IMG/VR virus record: IMGVR_UViG_3300032303_000302
Coordinates: 1-51,156 of that record
Source of the DNA: a virus
Taxonomy: Duplodnaviria; Caudoviricetes
DNA length: 51,156 nucleotides
Reading direction: 5' to 3' (one strand)
The notes beneath the pieces are model-generated. The model saw nothing but the letters and a program-made list of their open reading frames with translations, made no database searches and was not told where the DNA came from. The position numbers and the translations under genes are program-made. Positions 17,260 to 24,092 of this stretch are shown in pieces; within the stretch, counting starts at the first letter, position 1; each line of letters starts with the position of its first letter.

Positions 17260-17703
17260 ATGTATGAAAAGGCAAAGCAGGCAATCATAGATTCAAGTCT
17301 TGAGTCTTCTATCTATGTGGGGTGTGATAGTATTCGTTTTAAGAAGCGAGGACAGTGGTATGCAAAGTTCTCCACTGTTATTATCATACATAAAGATTCT
17401 AAGAAGGGTGGACGGGTATTCCATACTTCTGTAGATATGCCTGACTATGGTAACCTGAAGCAGCGTCTTCTAACGGAAGTACAACTAGCTGTTACTGCTG
17501 CTACAGAGATTATCGATGTTATCGGAGATCGCCATTTCGAAGTGCATCTTGATATCAACCCTAATCCGAAGCACAAGTCAAACGTTGCTGTTAAGGAAGC
17601 TCTTGGCTGGGTAAGAGGTTCACTAGGTATGGACGCTAAGATCAAGCCCGCATCGTTTGCTGCTACTCATGCCGCAGACCATGCAGTAAGACATTTACAT
17701 TAA
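17260..17703 (+). CDS. RNase H-like YkuK (DUF458) family protein
   Basis: IYVGCDS, RLL.EV, EVHLDIN, KP.SFAA.HAAD; start after AAGGA (the ORF-track extension overlaps tRNAs). Confidence 0.82.
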   Translation: MYEKAKQAIIDSSLESSIYVGCDSIRFKKRGQWYAKFSTVIIIHKDSKKGGRVFHTSVDMPDYGNLKQRLLTEVQLAVTAATEIIDVIGDRHFEVHLDINPNPKHKSNVAVKEALGWVRGSLGMDAKIKPASFAATHAADHAVRHLH

Positions 17704-17730
17704 AAAGAATCTCTGTTCCTTGTTTTAGGC

Positions 17731-17759
17731 TTGACCTTTTATATAATATGGTATAGTAT
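17731..17759 (+). promoter_or_regulatory. Early promoter
   Basis: TTGACC-17-TAGTAT. Confidence 0.55.
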
Positions 17760-17784
17760 AAAAAAATAAGGAATGGAGAAAAGC

Positions 17785-17958
17785 ATGACAGAGATTTTTC
17801 AAACAATCTTAACTAACTTTGGAACCACACTATATACTGGTGAGAGCGTCGACGTTGCTCAGGTTAACGCTGAGACGTCTGGTTTCGAATGCACGGTCCT
17901 TCGCGATGGATCGTTGATCTTTAGTTATTCTCCAATCTCTGGATGGAAGGCTTACTGA
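17785..17958 (+). CDS. Small hypothetical protein
   Basis: ATG after GGAG. Confidence 0.6.
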   Translation: MTEIFQTILTNFGTTLYTGESVDVAQVNAETSGFECTVLRDGSLIFSYSPISGWKAY

Positions 17959-17959
17959 T

Positions 17960-18148
17960 ATGACTGTTGAAGATTATAAAAAGTGGGCAGATGAACTCAA
18001 AGCTGAGTTGGATGCAGCAAACTTTGAAAGTGCTCATCATTATCAATATGTCAAAGATTTGTACTGGAGCATTTTAGCAAAGTCAAAGGGTACCACATCG
18101 AGGAAACTCAACCCTATGAATTTTTGGTTTGGTGGACAATCTAATTAA
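17960..18148 (+). CDS. Small hypothetical protein
   Basis: 62 aa, tightly coupled to upstream ORF. Confidence 0.55.
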   Translation: MTVEDYKKWADELKAELDAANFESAHHYQYVKDLYWSILAKSKGTTSRKLNPMNFWFGGQSN

Positions 18149-18154
18149 TAATAT

Positions 18155-18230
18155 GCCCGGTTAGCTCAGCGGTAGTAGCGTTTCCTTTACACGGAAAATG
18201 TCGGCGGTTCGATCCCGTCACCGGGTACCA
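18155..18230 (+). tRNA. tRNA-Val(TAC)
   Basis: Cloverleaf, CCA. Confidence 0.92.
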
Positions 18231-18236
18231 GTTTAT

Positions 18237-18311
18237 TCCTCAATAGCTCAGCGGTAGAGCCGCGCACTGTTAATGCGCTGGTCGGTGGTTCGAATCCATC
18301 TTGAGGAGCCA
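18237..18311 (+). tRNA. tRNA-Asn(GTT)
   Basis: Cloverleaf, G73, CCA. Confidence 0.93.
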
Positions 18312-18315
18312 GTTT

Positions 18316-18425
18316 GTGGCGAGATATCTTTACGGGTAATGCCGGTCTCTGTAAGTCCACTATACCTCGGTAAGTATTAAAACTGCCGACCACACCGCCG
18401 CCCGTATGGTGTCTAAATATCCCGG
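18316..18425 (+). ncRNA. Pseudoknotted structured RNA, possibly manA-motif related
   Basis: GTGG/CCAC and GAGAT/GTCTC stems, GCCG..CTCTGTAAGT segment, TACGGGT/GCCCGTA loop-loop complementarity. Confidence 0.5.
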
Positions 18426-18436
18426 GCCTAGTTTTA

Positions 18437-18547
18437 TTGGCCCTAAGTCTGGTGAGAATGTGAGCCGCGCGGGGTTCCGTAGAGAGGTTCGAAACTCTTG
18501 AAGGGATTAAAAGCACTAAGCTGGGTTCGATTCCCAGGGGTCAGCCA
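18437..18547 (+). ncRNA. Enlarged tRNA-like RNA (type B)
   Basis: TGGCCC/GGGTCA-G-CCA end, T arm CTGGG-TTCGATT-CCCAG, no recognisable anticodon arm. Confidence 0.5.
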
Positions 18548-18553
18548 ATTCAT

Positions 18554-18629
18554 GGTGGTTGTAGCTCAGAGGTAGAGCGGCGGTTTGTGGTACCGCATGT
18601 CGCGGGTTCGATCCCCGTCTTCCACCCCA
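18554..18629 (+). tRNA. tRNA-His(GTG) with G-1 and C73
   Basis: GCGGT-TTGTGGT-ACCGC; encoded G-1; two U-U mismatches in acceptor stem. Confidence 0.88.
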
Positions 18630-18630
18630 T

Positions 18631-18705
18631 GCACTGTTAGCTCAGAGGGAGAGCATTCGCCTGATAAGCGAAAGGTGGAAGGATCGTTACCTTCACGGTG
18701 CACCA
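18631..18705 (+). tRNA. tRNA-Ile(GAT)
   Basis: TTCGC-CTGATAA-GCGAA; variant T-loop ATCGTTA; CCA. Confidence 0.88.
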
Positions 18706-18713
18706 GTTTTAAT

Positions 18714-18791
18714 GTGACGGTGGCGGAGTGGTCCAACGCAAGAGACTGCAAATCTCTAAAGCCGTGGGTTCGAATCCCACCCGTCACTCCA
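18714..18791 (+). tRNA. tRNA-Cys(GCA)
   Basis: Cloverleaf, U73, CCA. Confidence 0.92.
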
Positions 18792-18806
18792 CTATAAGAG
18801 GTTGTT

Positions 18807-20060
18807 ATGCTAAAAAACGTTTATATTCTGCATATTGATGATCCTAAATCATTGCAATACCTTAATGACTGCTTAGAGTCATGTAAGCAGTTTCCTGATA
18901 TTAACGCTATCCCCGTACAGGGGTATAAAGGCGTCAATTACAAAGATATCTGCGATGAGTTTGGCATTGGTATCATTCCGTTTTATGTTAATCAGATGGC
19001 TGAAAATGGAGATACTATTAACAAAGCTTTCTCATGCACTGCAGGACATATCAAGATCTGGCAGATGATCGTTGATTCCGATGCGCCGGGTGTGGTACTC
19101 GAGCATGACGCTATTATCAAAGGCCCTCTTGTAAATGTAGATGTCAATGATGATGAGATCCTATGGCTTGGTCCTCGTATTGATCTTGAACATGATTATA
19201 CATTCCCCCCTGAAACGATTTTCGACTATGTCGATATTAACCGCTGGGAAGGTACCCATGCATATGCTATCACACCTAAGACAGCTCAGTTCCTTCTTGA
19301 TTCGATTAAGAAGTTTGGACTGAACGATTCTATCGACGGGCAGCTTGGTATGCGTAATATGTTTGATATGAATTTTGTTACTATCAATCCACCTGTAGCT
19401 GTTGCTGTGGTTGGTAATCGTGAATCATGTATTGAGAGCCATGGCAATCCAGGCTTCTGGAATGCTTATCATTCTGATCAATTCTTGAAGAATCTAAAAC
19501 CAGGATGTAAGGTACCTCCTCTTCGCCAGCTCATGTATACAGACATGTCGTTTAACACGCTTGTCCCTGCATTAGAACAGGTTCTAAGGGGGGCTGGTAA
19601 GTTAGACGGTAAAGAGCAGTCGGTACTCGTACAAGGGGGCTATGAAGGGCTCTCCAGTGTATGGCTATCGAACAAATTGCTACAGCACGATGATAGCTAC
19701 ATGCAGATCGTATCTAGCTTTGCTAGTCAGAATGCGCAGAAGATATGCGCATTTAATACGTACTTCAGTAAGTACTATTATAAGTTGAATATGATACCTA
19801 TAGAACAGGGTAGTACACTGCTTGAACAAGCTGTAAATGATCCTGAAATTCGCTTCGATGTTATTTTCTCTGATGGGAATAAGACTTTCAAAGAAGTTCT
19901 TTATGATGGCATTTTACAGTGGAACCTATTAAAGAGTGATGGTATATTGATATTCAATGGTGAAGTCGATGTAGTACATGAAGCAGTAAAAAATATCATT
20001 GATGCAGTTAACCCGATTGTACTATATAAAGATAAAATTATTGTTCTTAAAAAACTTTAA
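18807..20060 (+). CDS. GT25-like glycosyltransferase fused to a degenerate SAM-methyltransferase-like domain
   Basis: SC..GH..IW, VLEHDA, GTHAYAITP..A (GT25); GGYEG.S..W, FD.IFSDG, LK..GIL.F (Methyltransf_24-like). Confidence 0.7.
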   Translation: MLKNVYILHIDDPKSLQYLNDCLESCKQFPDINAIPVQGYKGVNYKDICDEFGIGIIPFYVNQMAENGDTINKAFSCTAGHIKIWQMIVDSDAPGVVLEHDAIIKGPLVNVDVNDDEILWLGPRIDLEHDYTFPPETIFDYVDINRWEGTHAYAITPKTAQFLLDSIKKFGLNDSIDGQLGMRNMFDMNFVTINPPVAVAVVGNRESCIESHGNPGFWNAYHSDQFLKNLKPGCKVPPLRQLMYTDMSFNTLVPALEQVLRGAGKLDGKEQSVLVQGGYEGLSSVWLSNKLLQHDDSYMQIVSSFASQNAQKICAFNTYFSKYYYKLNMIPIEQGSTLLEQAVNDPEIRFDVIFSDGNKTFKEVLYDGILQWNLLKSDGILIFNGEVDVVHEAVKNIIDAVNPIVLYKDKIIVLKKL

Positions 20061-20066
20061 TTGATT

Positions 20067-20318
20067 ATGAAAAAAGCCTTATACGAAGCTGTGTATGATA
20101 CATTAATAGCTGCGGTGATTAATTTTCCACTCGGCTATATGCTTACTAAAGTGTGTATGGATGTATTTCATATGCAAGCGTTCGGTGTTGCGCTTGTTAA
20201 TTTCCTAATAATGACAGTGATAGCTATCACACGTAAGACGTTAGTTAGATTAAAGTTTGCAAAAAGAGATAATGCGGCATTGGTGATAAAGGAAGCACGA
20301 GACGTTGCCAACGTCTAG
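20067..20318 (+). CDS. Small membrane protein; 3' end overlaps tRNA-Gly
   Basis: Two hydrophobic helices; EA..DT..A..INFPL motif. Confidence 0.6.
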   Translation: MKKALYEAVYDTLIAAVINFPLGYMLTKVCMDVFHMQAFGVALVNFLIMTVIAITRKTLVRLKFAKRDNAALVIKEARDVANV

Positions 20319-20348
20319 GAACCGGATCGTTACCGGTATGCCGCTCCA
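20274..20348 (+). tRNA. tRNA-Gly(GCC), atypical D/T loops
   Basis: GCGGCAT/ATGCCGC-T-CCA; AGACG-TTGCCAA-CGTCT. Confidence 0.82.
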
Positions 20349-20355
20349 TTTTAAT

Positions 20356-20432
20356 GGCCCCATAGTTTACGTTGGCTAGAATCCTGCCCTTTCAAGGCGG
20401 TGGACCGGGATCGACACCCGGTGGGGTCACCA
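20356..20432 (+). tRNA. tRNA-Glu(TTC)
   Basis: CTGCC-CTTTCAA-GGCGG, CCA. Confidence 0.9.
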
Positions 20433-20439
20433 TTTATAT

Positions 20440-20513
20440 TCCCTGTTCGTCTAGCGGTAGGACAACTGACTCTGACTCAGTTTACGGTGGTTCGAATCCA
20501 TCACAGGGATCCA
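20440..20513 (+). tRNA. tRNA-Gln(CTG)
   Basis: ACTGA-CTCTGAC-TCAGT, U1-A72, CCA. Confidence 0.92.
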
Positions 20514-20520
20514 GCATCTT

Positions 20521-21135
20521 ATGGATAATATGATAAAATACGATTCTGATTCTGAAGCCTGGCTTAATACTGATTTGTCTGATCTTTGGGTCTTTGACAA
20601 ACTTCTTTTGTCTAAACATCTAGGCTATGTTTGTGGACCTACTGGTGTAAATGTTCCCGTACCCGGAACATATATTGTAAGACCTTGTATGAATCTATTG
20701 GGTATGGGTATTGGTGCAAGATTTGTTGATTTAGTAGATACAACAGAACACCTACCTCCCGGTTATTTCTGGTGTGAAGTTTTCACTGGTTCGCATCTAA
20801 GTGTAGATTATTACCAGGGTAAACAGATTCTTGTAGTAGAAGGCAAACGGAACTCTGACTCTCCCCTATGGAAATTTTTACAATGGGATAGACTGGATAA
20901 CATTGAAGTTCGTTTTCCAGATAGTCTCTCTCATTTGTTTAATAAACACAATTATATTAATGCTGAATATATAGACGGAAGACTAATCGAACTCCACTTT
21001 AGAACAAATCCTGATTTCGAATATGAAAATACTGTAGCTATCCCCGTTTGGGAAGTTGATGAAATAAACGTTCCCGATGGATATACATATGTGTCTAAGC
21101 CTGATTATAAAAGAAAAGGCTTCTATATTAAGTAA
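20521..21135 (+). CDS. Conserved T4-like hypothetical protein (possibly ATP-grasp-like)
   Basis: DKL.LS..LGY.CGP.G..VP.PG.YIVRPC.N..GMG, FWCE.F.G.H.SVDY, N.E.I...LIE.H.R.NPDF. Confidence 0.7.
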   Translation: MDNMIKYDSDSEAWLNTDLSDLWVFDKLLLSKHLGYVCGPTGVNVPVPGTYIVRPCMNLLGMGIGARFVDLVDTTEHLPPGYFWCEVFTGSHLSVDYYQGKQILVVEGKRNSDSPLWKFLQWDRLDNIEVRFPDSLSHLFNKHNYINAEYIDGRLIELHFRTNPDFEYENTVAIPVWEVDEINVPDGYTYVSKPDYKRKGFYIK

Positions 21136-21142
21136 TATCTAT

Positions 21143-21216
21143 TGCCCCTTCCTCTAATGGTAAGAGCGCGGACTTTGAATCCGTCAATCTAGGTTCGAAT
21201 CCTAGAGGGGCATCCA
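21143..21216 (+). tRNA. tRNA-Gln(TTG)
   Basis: GCGGA-CTTTGAA-TCCGT, CCA. Confidence 0.92.
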
Positions 21217-21233
21217 AATTAAAGGTGAAAAAG

Positions 21234-21908
21234 ATGAGTGACTTTAAACTATCGATTGTTATACCTACTATGTGGAAGTTTGAACCATTCTACGAGTTCT
21301 TACAATATATGTGTCTAGTTGATACTGTAGGAGAAGTTATTCTTATCGATAATAACGAGACAGAGCGACCAAATATTGAGTTCCATCCGAAGGTTAAGAT
21401 ACACAATTTTAATAAAAACATTTACGTTAATCCTGCATGGAACTATGGTATATCCGTGGCAGAGAACGATAACATCTGTGTTCTGAATGATGATGTTCTC
21501 GTTGATCTGAAACTTTTTTATAAAATTAAAGAAGTTCTTAAACCTGGAAGATTGGTTGTTATAGCAGCTAATTATAATAAGGAAGTCACTGTTACTGGTC
21601 AACAGCATGTTGTTGCTCGAAATACTGTCGACACTGTTCACTGGGGATGTTGTTGGTTCATTCATCGCTCTGACTGGGTTGAAGTGCCAGCAGGCATGGA
21701 CATCTACCATGGAGATCACTGGATTGAAAAGATGATGGAAATGCGTGGAAAGGAAATCGTAGCAATTACGGACATTTTTTTTCACACACCAATTAGTGCT
21801 ACACAAAAGTTTGTAGCAGATGAAGTTTGGTACCATCGTGAAAGCCTTTTATATGGACATTTATTGCAGAACTACTATAATCGTTATATAAACACTGTGA
21901 AAGGATAA
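21234..21908 (+). CDS. Glycosyltransferase family 2 (GT-A)
   Basis: SIVIPT, EVILIDN, AWNYG, VLNDDV (DxD), GDHW. Confidence 0.85.
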   Translation: MSDFKLSIVIPTMWKFEPFYEFLQYMCLVDTVGEVILIDNNETERPNIEFHPKVKIHNFNKNIYVNPAWNYGISVAENDNICVLNDDVLVDLKLFYKIKEVLKPGRLVVIAANYNKEVTVTGQQHVVARNTVDTVHWGCCWFIHRSDWVEVPAGMDIYHGDHWIEKMMEMRGKEIVAITDIFFHTPISATQKFVADEVWYHRESLLYGHLLQNYYNRYINTVKG

Positions 21909-21911
21909 ATT

Positions 21912-22148
21912 ATGAGTGAAACTACTGACGATCGCCTTCGCCTTTTCATTGAACGTATTGAGCGTTTGTCTGAGGAAAAGAAAGGTATTGCTGACGATAT
22001 TAAGGACGTCTATGCCGAGGCTAAGGGTACAGGTTATGATACCAAAGCAATGAAGGAAGTCATTAAGATTCGTAAGAAGTCACGTGATGACCGGTTGAGC
22101 GAAGAAGCAATCCTCGAGACGTATAAGTGCGCCCTCGGCATCGATTAA
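21912..22148 (+). CDS. gapR: GapR (DUF2312/UPF0335) nucleoid-associated protein
   Basis: [32 protein letters not shown]...[11 protein letters not shown]. Confidence 0.93.
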   Translation: MSETTDDRLRLFIERIERLSEEKKGIADDIKDVYAEAKGTGYDTKAMKEVIKIRKKSRDDRLSEEAILETYKCALGID

Positions 22149-22157
22149 TTTTAACAC

Positions 22158-22234
22158 GGACGATTAGCTCAGTAGGTTAGAGCACGCGCCTCTTAAGCGC
22201 TAGGTCCTCGGTTCGAATCCGAGATCGTCTACCA
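22158..22234 (+). tRNA. tRNA-Lys(CTT)
   Basis: Cloverleaf, CCA. Confidence 0.92.
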
Positions 22235-22296
22235 TTTAAGGCGCTGATCAAGAAGCTTAATTCTGCATAGGCAGAGCCTATATAAGTATATAATAC

Positions 22297-22386
22297 GGAA
22301 GCGTGGCAGAGCCAGGTTTATTGCACCAGTCTTGAAAACTGACGAACAGAAATGTTCCCTGGGTTCGAATCCCAGCGCTTCCGCCA
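22297..22386 (+). tRNA. tRNA-Ser(TGA)
   Basis: Long variable arm, G73, CCA. Confidence 0.93.
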
Positions 22387-22395
22387 TTATATGAT

Positions 22396-22467
22396 GCCAG
22401 CAGAACAAGTGTTCAGCCGACTCTCATAAGGTTGGATTGGTTGGAGCGTTACCAACTGCTGGTACCA
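22396..22467 (+). tRNA. Atypical tRNA with CAT anticodon (Met or Ile2), minimal D arm
   Basis: GCCAGCA/TGCTGGT-A-CCA; GAAC-AAGT-GTTC D arm; 6-bp anticodon stem; T-loop AGCGTTA. Confidence 0.72.
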
Positions 22468-22492
22468 ACATTAAAAAGAGGAATATAATATT

Positions 22493-22648
22493 ATGGATAT
22501 CAAGACTTACATTGCTGCTGCTGTTGTTGCTCTTACTGCTGCATGTTCTCAGGAAGCTCCTGTTGTTGAACAAAATGAAACGGTTAACGAATCAGTAGAT
22601 TCGGCAACAGATGTACCAGCTGCTACATATACAAGCGAAGTAAATTAA
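22493..22648 (+). CDS. Small lipoprotein (51 aa, not in ORF track)
   Basis: MDIKTYIAAAVVALTAA-C lipobox; GAGG RBS; terminator follows. Confidence 0.7.
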   Translation: MDIKTYIAAAVVALTAACSQEAPVVEQNETVNESVDSATDVPAATYTSEVN

Positions 22649-22655
22649 TTAAAAA

Positions 22656-22686
22656 GACCAGGGGATAACACCCCTGGTCCACTTTT
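22656..22686 (+). terminator. Probable intrinsic terminator
   Basis: GACCAGGGG-ATAACA-CCCCTGGTC then CACTTTT. Confidence 0.65.
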
Positions 22687-22690
22687 GGGA

Positions 22691-22730
22691 TTGACTTTTT
22701 TATCTGTTTTTCCTATATTTAATTATAGAA
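22691..22730 (+). promoter_or_regulatory. Early promoter cassette
   Basis: TTGACT-17-TATATT-TAATTATAG. Confidence 0.75.
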
Positions 22731-22749
22731 AATAGAAAAAGGTTTTATT

Positions 22750-22959
22750 ATGAACAATCTTATTGCAGCAGTTCGTGAATATGCCATCGCTAACTATGAA
22801 AAAGATGGTTGGGACTATCTCGTTGAATGCTGGGAAGATAGCGATATTCAAGAAGTTATCGGTACAGCAAAGACTGAGCGTTCAGCGATTGCTGCATGTC
22901 GTCGTACATTACGTCTTATGGATGAACGCCGTCAGGAAGTACGATCAGAAGTTTGGTAA
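22750..22959 (+). CDS. Small hypothetical early protein
   Basis: A..NY...GWD..VE.W pattern common in phage small proteins. Confidence 0.7.
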   Translation: MNNLIAAVREYAIANYEKDGWDYLVECWEDSDIQEVIGTAKTERSAIAACRRTLRLMDERRQEVRSEVW

Positions 22960-22966
22960 TTTATAC

Positions 22967-23042
22967 GGACGGTTAGCTCAGTAGGTAGAGCAACGGGCTT
23001 TTAACCTGTTGGTCCTGGGTTCGAGTCCCAGACCGTCCACCA
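22967..23042 (+). tRNA. tRNA-Lys(TTT)
   Basis: Cloverleaf, CCA. Confidence 0.93.
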
Positions 23043-23060
23043 TTTTCGGAGTTATATGTT

Positions 23061-23279
23061 ATGGGTAATTTTGAAAAATTCTTAATTAAGATTTTATCTA
23101 TAGCCATCGCTTGTGCTATTATGGCGTTCCCTGTAATGTGGATATGGAACGGTGATCTAGTTCAAGCTGTAACGTTTGCCAAGCCTATTACTTGGTCTAA
23201 CGCATTTGGCATTTATCTCTTAGTATATATTCTAGGTCATGCAGCTACGGCAGATTTTAACGATAAATCTGATAAGTAA
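23061..23279 (+). CDS. Small membrane protein
   Basis: FPVMWIWN...ITW..AFG; two TM segments. Confidence 0.65.
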   Translation: MGNFEKFLIKILSIAIACAIMAFPVMWIWNGDLVQAVTFAKPITWSNAFGIYLLVYILGHAATADFNDKSDK

Positions 23280-23285
23280 ATACAC

Positions 23286-23374
23286 GGAACGTGAGCCATG
23301 CGGTAAAGGCAGCGCACTGCTAATGCGTAACACCCCAAAGGGTGTGCTGGGTTCGACTCCCAGACGTTCCGCCA
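23286..23374 (+). tRNA. tRNA-Ser(GCT)
   Basis: GCGCA-CTGCTAA-TGCGT, long variable arm, CCA. Confidence 0.9.
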
Positions 23375-23392
23375 CACACATATATAATACAT

Positions 23393-23468
23393 GGGGATGT
23401 AGTCCAAAGGCAGAGACAGGGCGCTTAAAACGCCTACAGTGTGGGTTCGAGTCCCACCATCCCTACCA
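23393..23468 (+). tRNA. tRNA-Leu(TAA), short variable loop
   Basis: GGGCG-CTTAAAA-CGCCT, CCA. Confidence 0.87.
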
Positions 23469-23484
23469 TATTGAAAGGTATATT

Positions 23485-23901
23485 ATGTTAGAATGTTTGA
23501 TTATGGGTGATTCGATCGCTGTTGGTACTAAAATGTTTGCTCCTAAGGAATGCGTATCGTATTCTAAGGGTGGTTGGAACACCTGGCAGTGGAATAAGAA
23601 GTGGGGTAAGACTCCTCTTAGTGCTCAGACCGTAGTTATCAGTCTAGGCACAAATGATCACAAAGGGGTAAATACCTACAAAGAACTTTCTAAGATCCGT
23701 TACCGTATTAACTCTTTGAAGGTTGTATGGATCATGCCACCTTGTAATAAAGGCTTCTGTAAGCCTAATGTTAATGCTTCTGTGAGAGAAATCGCACACG
23801 ACTACGGTGATACGATCATTGGTACTGAGTTTGTGCAACCAGATCACATTCATCCATCGTGGCGTGGTTACAAAGACTTAGTTAATAAGGCTAAGTTGTA
23901 A
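23485..23901 (+). CDS. Small SGNH/GDSL hydrolase-like protein
   Basis: GDSIAVG, SLGTND, DHIHP; start after AAAGG (the ORF-track extension overlaps tRNAs). Confidence 0.75.
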   Translation: MLECLIMGDSIAVGTKMFAPKECVSYSKGGWNTWQWNKKWGKTPLSAQTVVISLGTNDHKGVNTYKELSKIRYRINSLKVVWIMPPCNKGFCKPNVNASVREIAHDYGDTIIGTEFVQPDHIHPSWRGYKDLVNKAKL

Positions 23902-23910
23902 ACGTATAGT

Positions 23911-24001
23911 GGTCCTATAGCTTAACGGTAGAGCGGCCGGATTTATATCCCGGAGCCCAGATAAGGGGACGGTCTTGGTTCGAATCCAAGTGGGACTACC
24001 A
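23911..24001 (+). tRNA. tRNA-Ile(TAT) with long variable region
   Basis: GGTCCTA/TGGGACT-A-CCA; loop TTTATAT; ~20-nt extra arm. Confidence 0.78.
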
Positions 24002-24009
24002 ATTTTAAT

Positions 24010-24090
24010 GCCTCTGTAACCACCCTGAATACGAATCAGGAGTAAGGTAACTGGATGAAAATGCAGGTTCGAATCCTGTCAGAGGCTCCA
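24010..24090 (+). ncRNA. tRNA-like RNA type A, copy 2
   Basis: GCCTCTG/CAGAGGC-T-CCA; CCTGA-ATACGAA-TCAGG; same TAAGGTAACTGGA and T arm as the 16905 copy. Confidence 0.8.
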
Positions 24091-24092
24091 TT

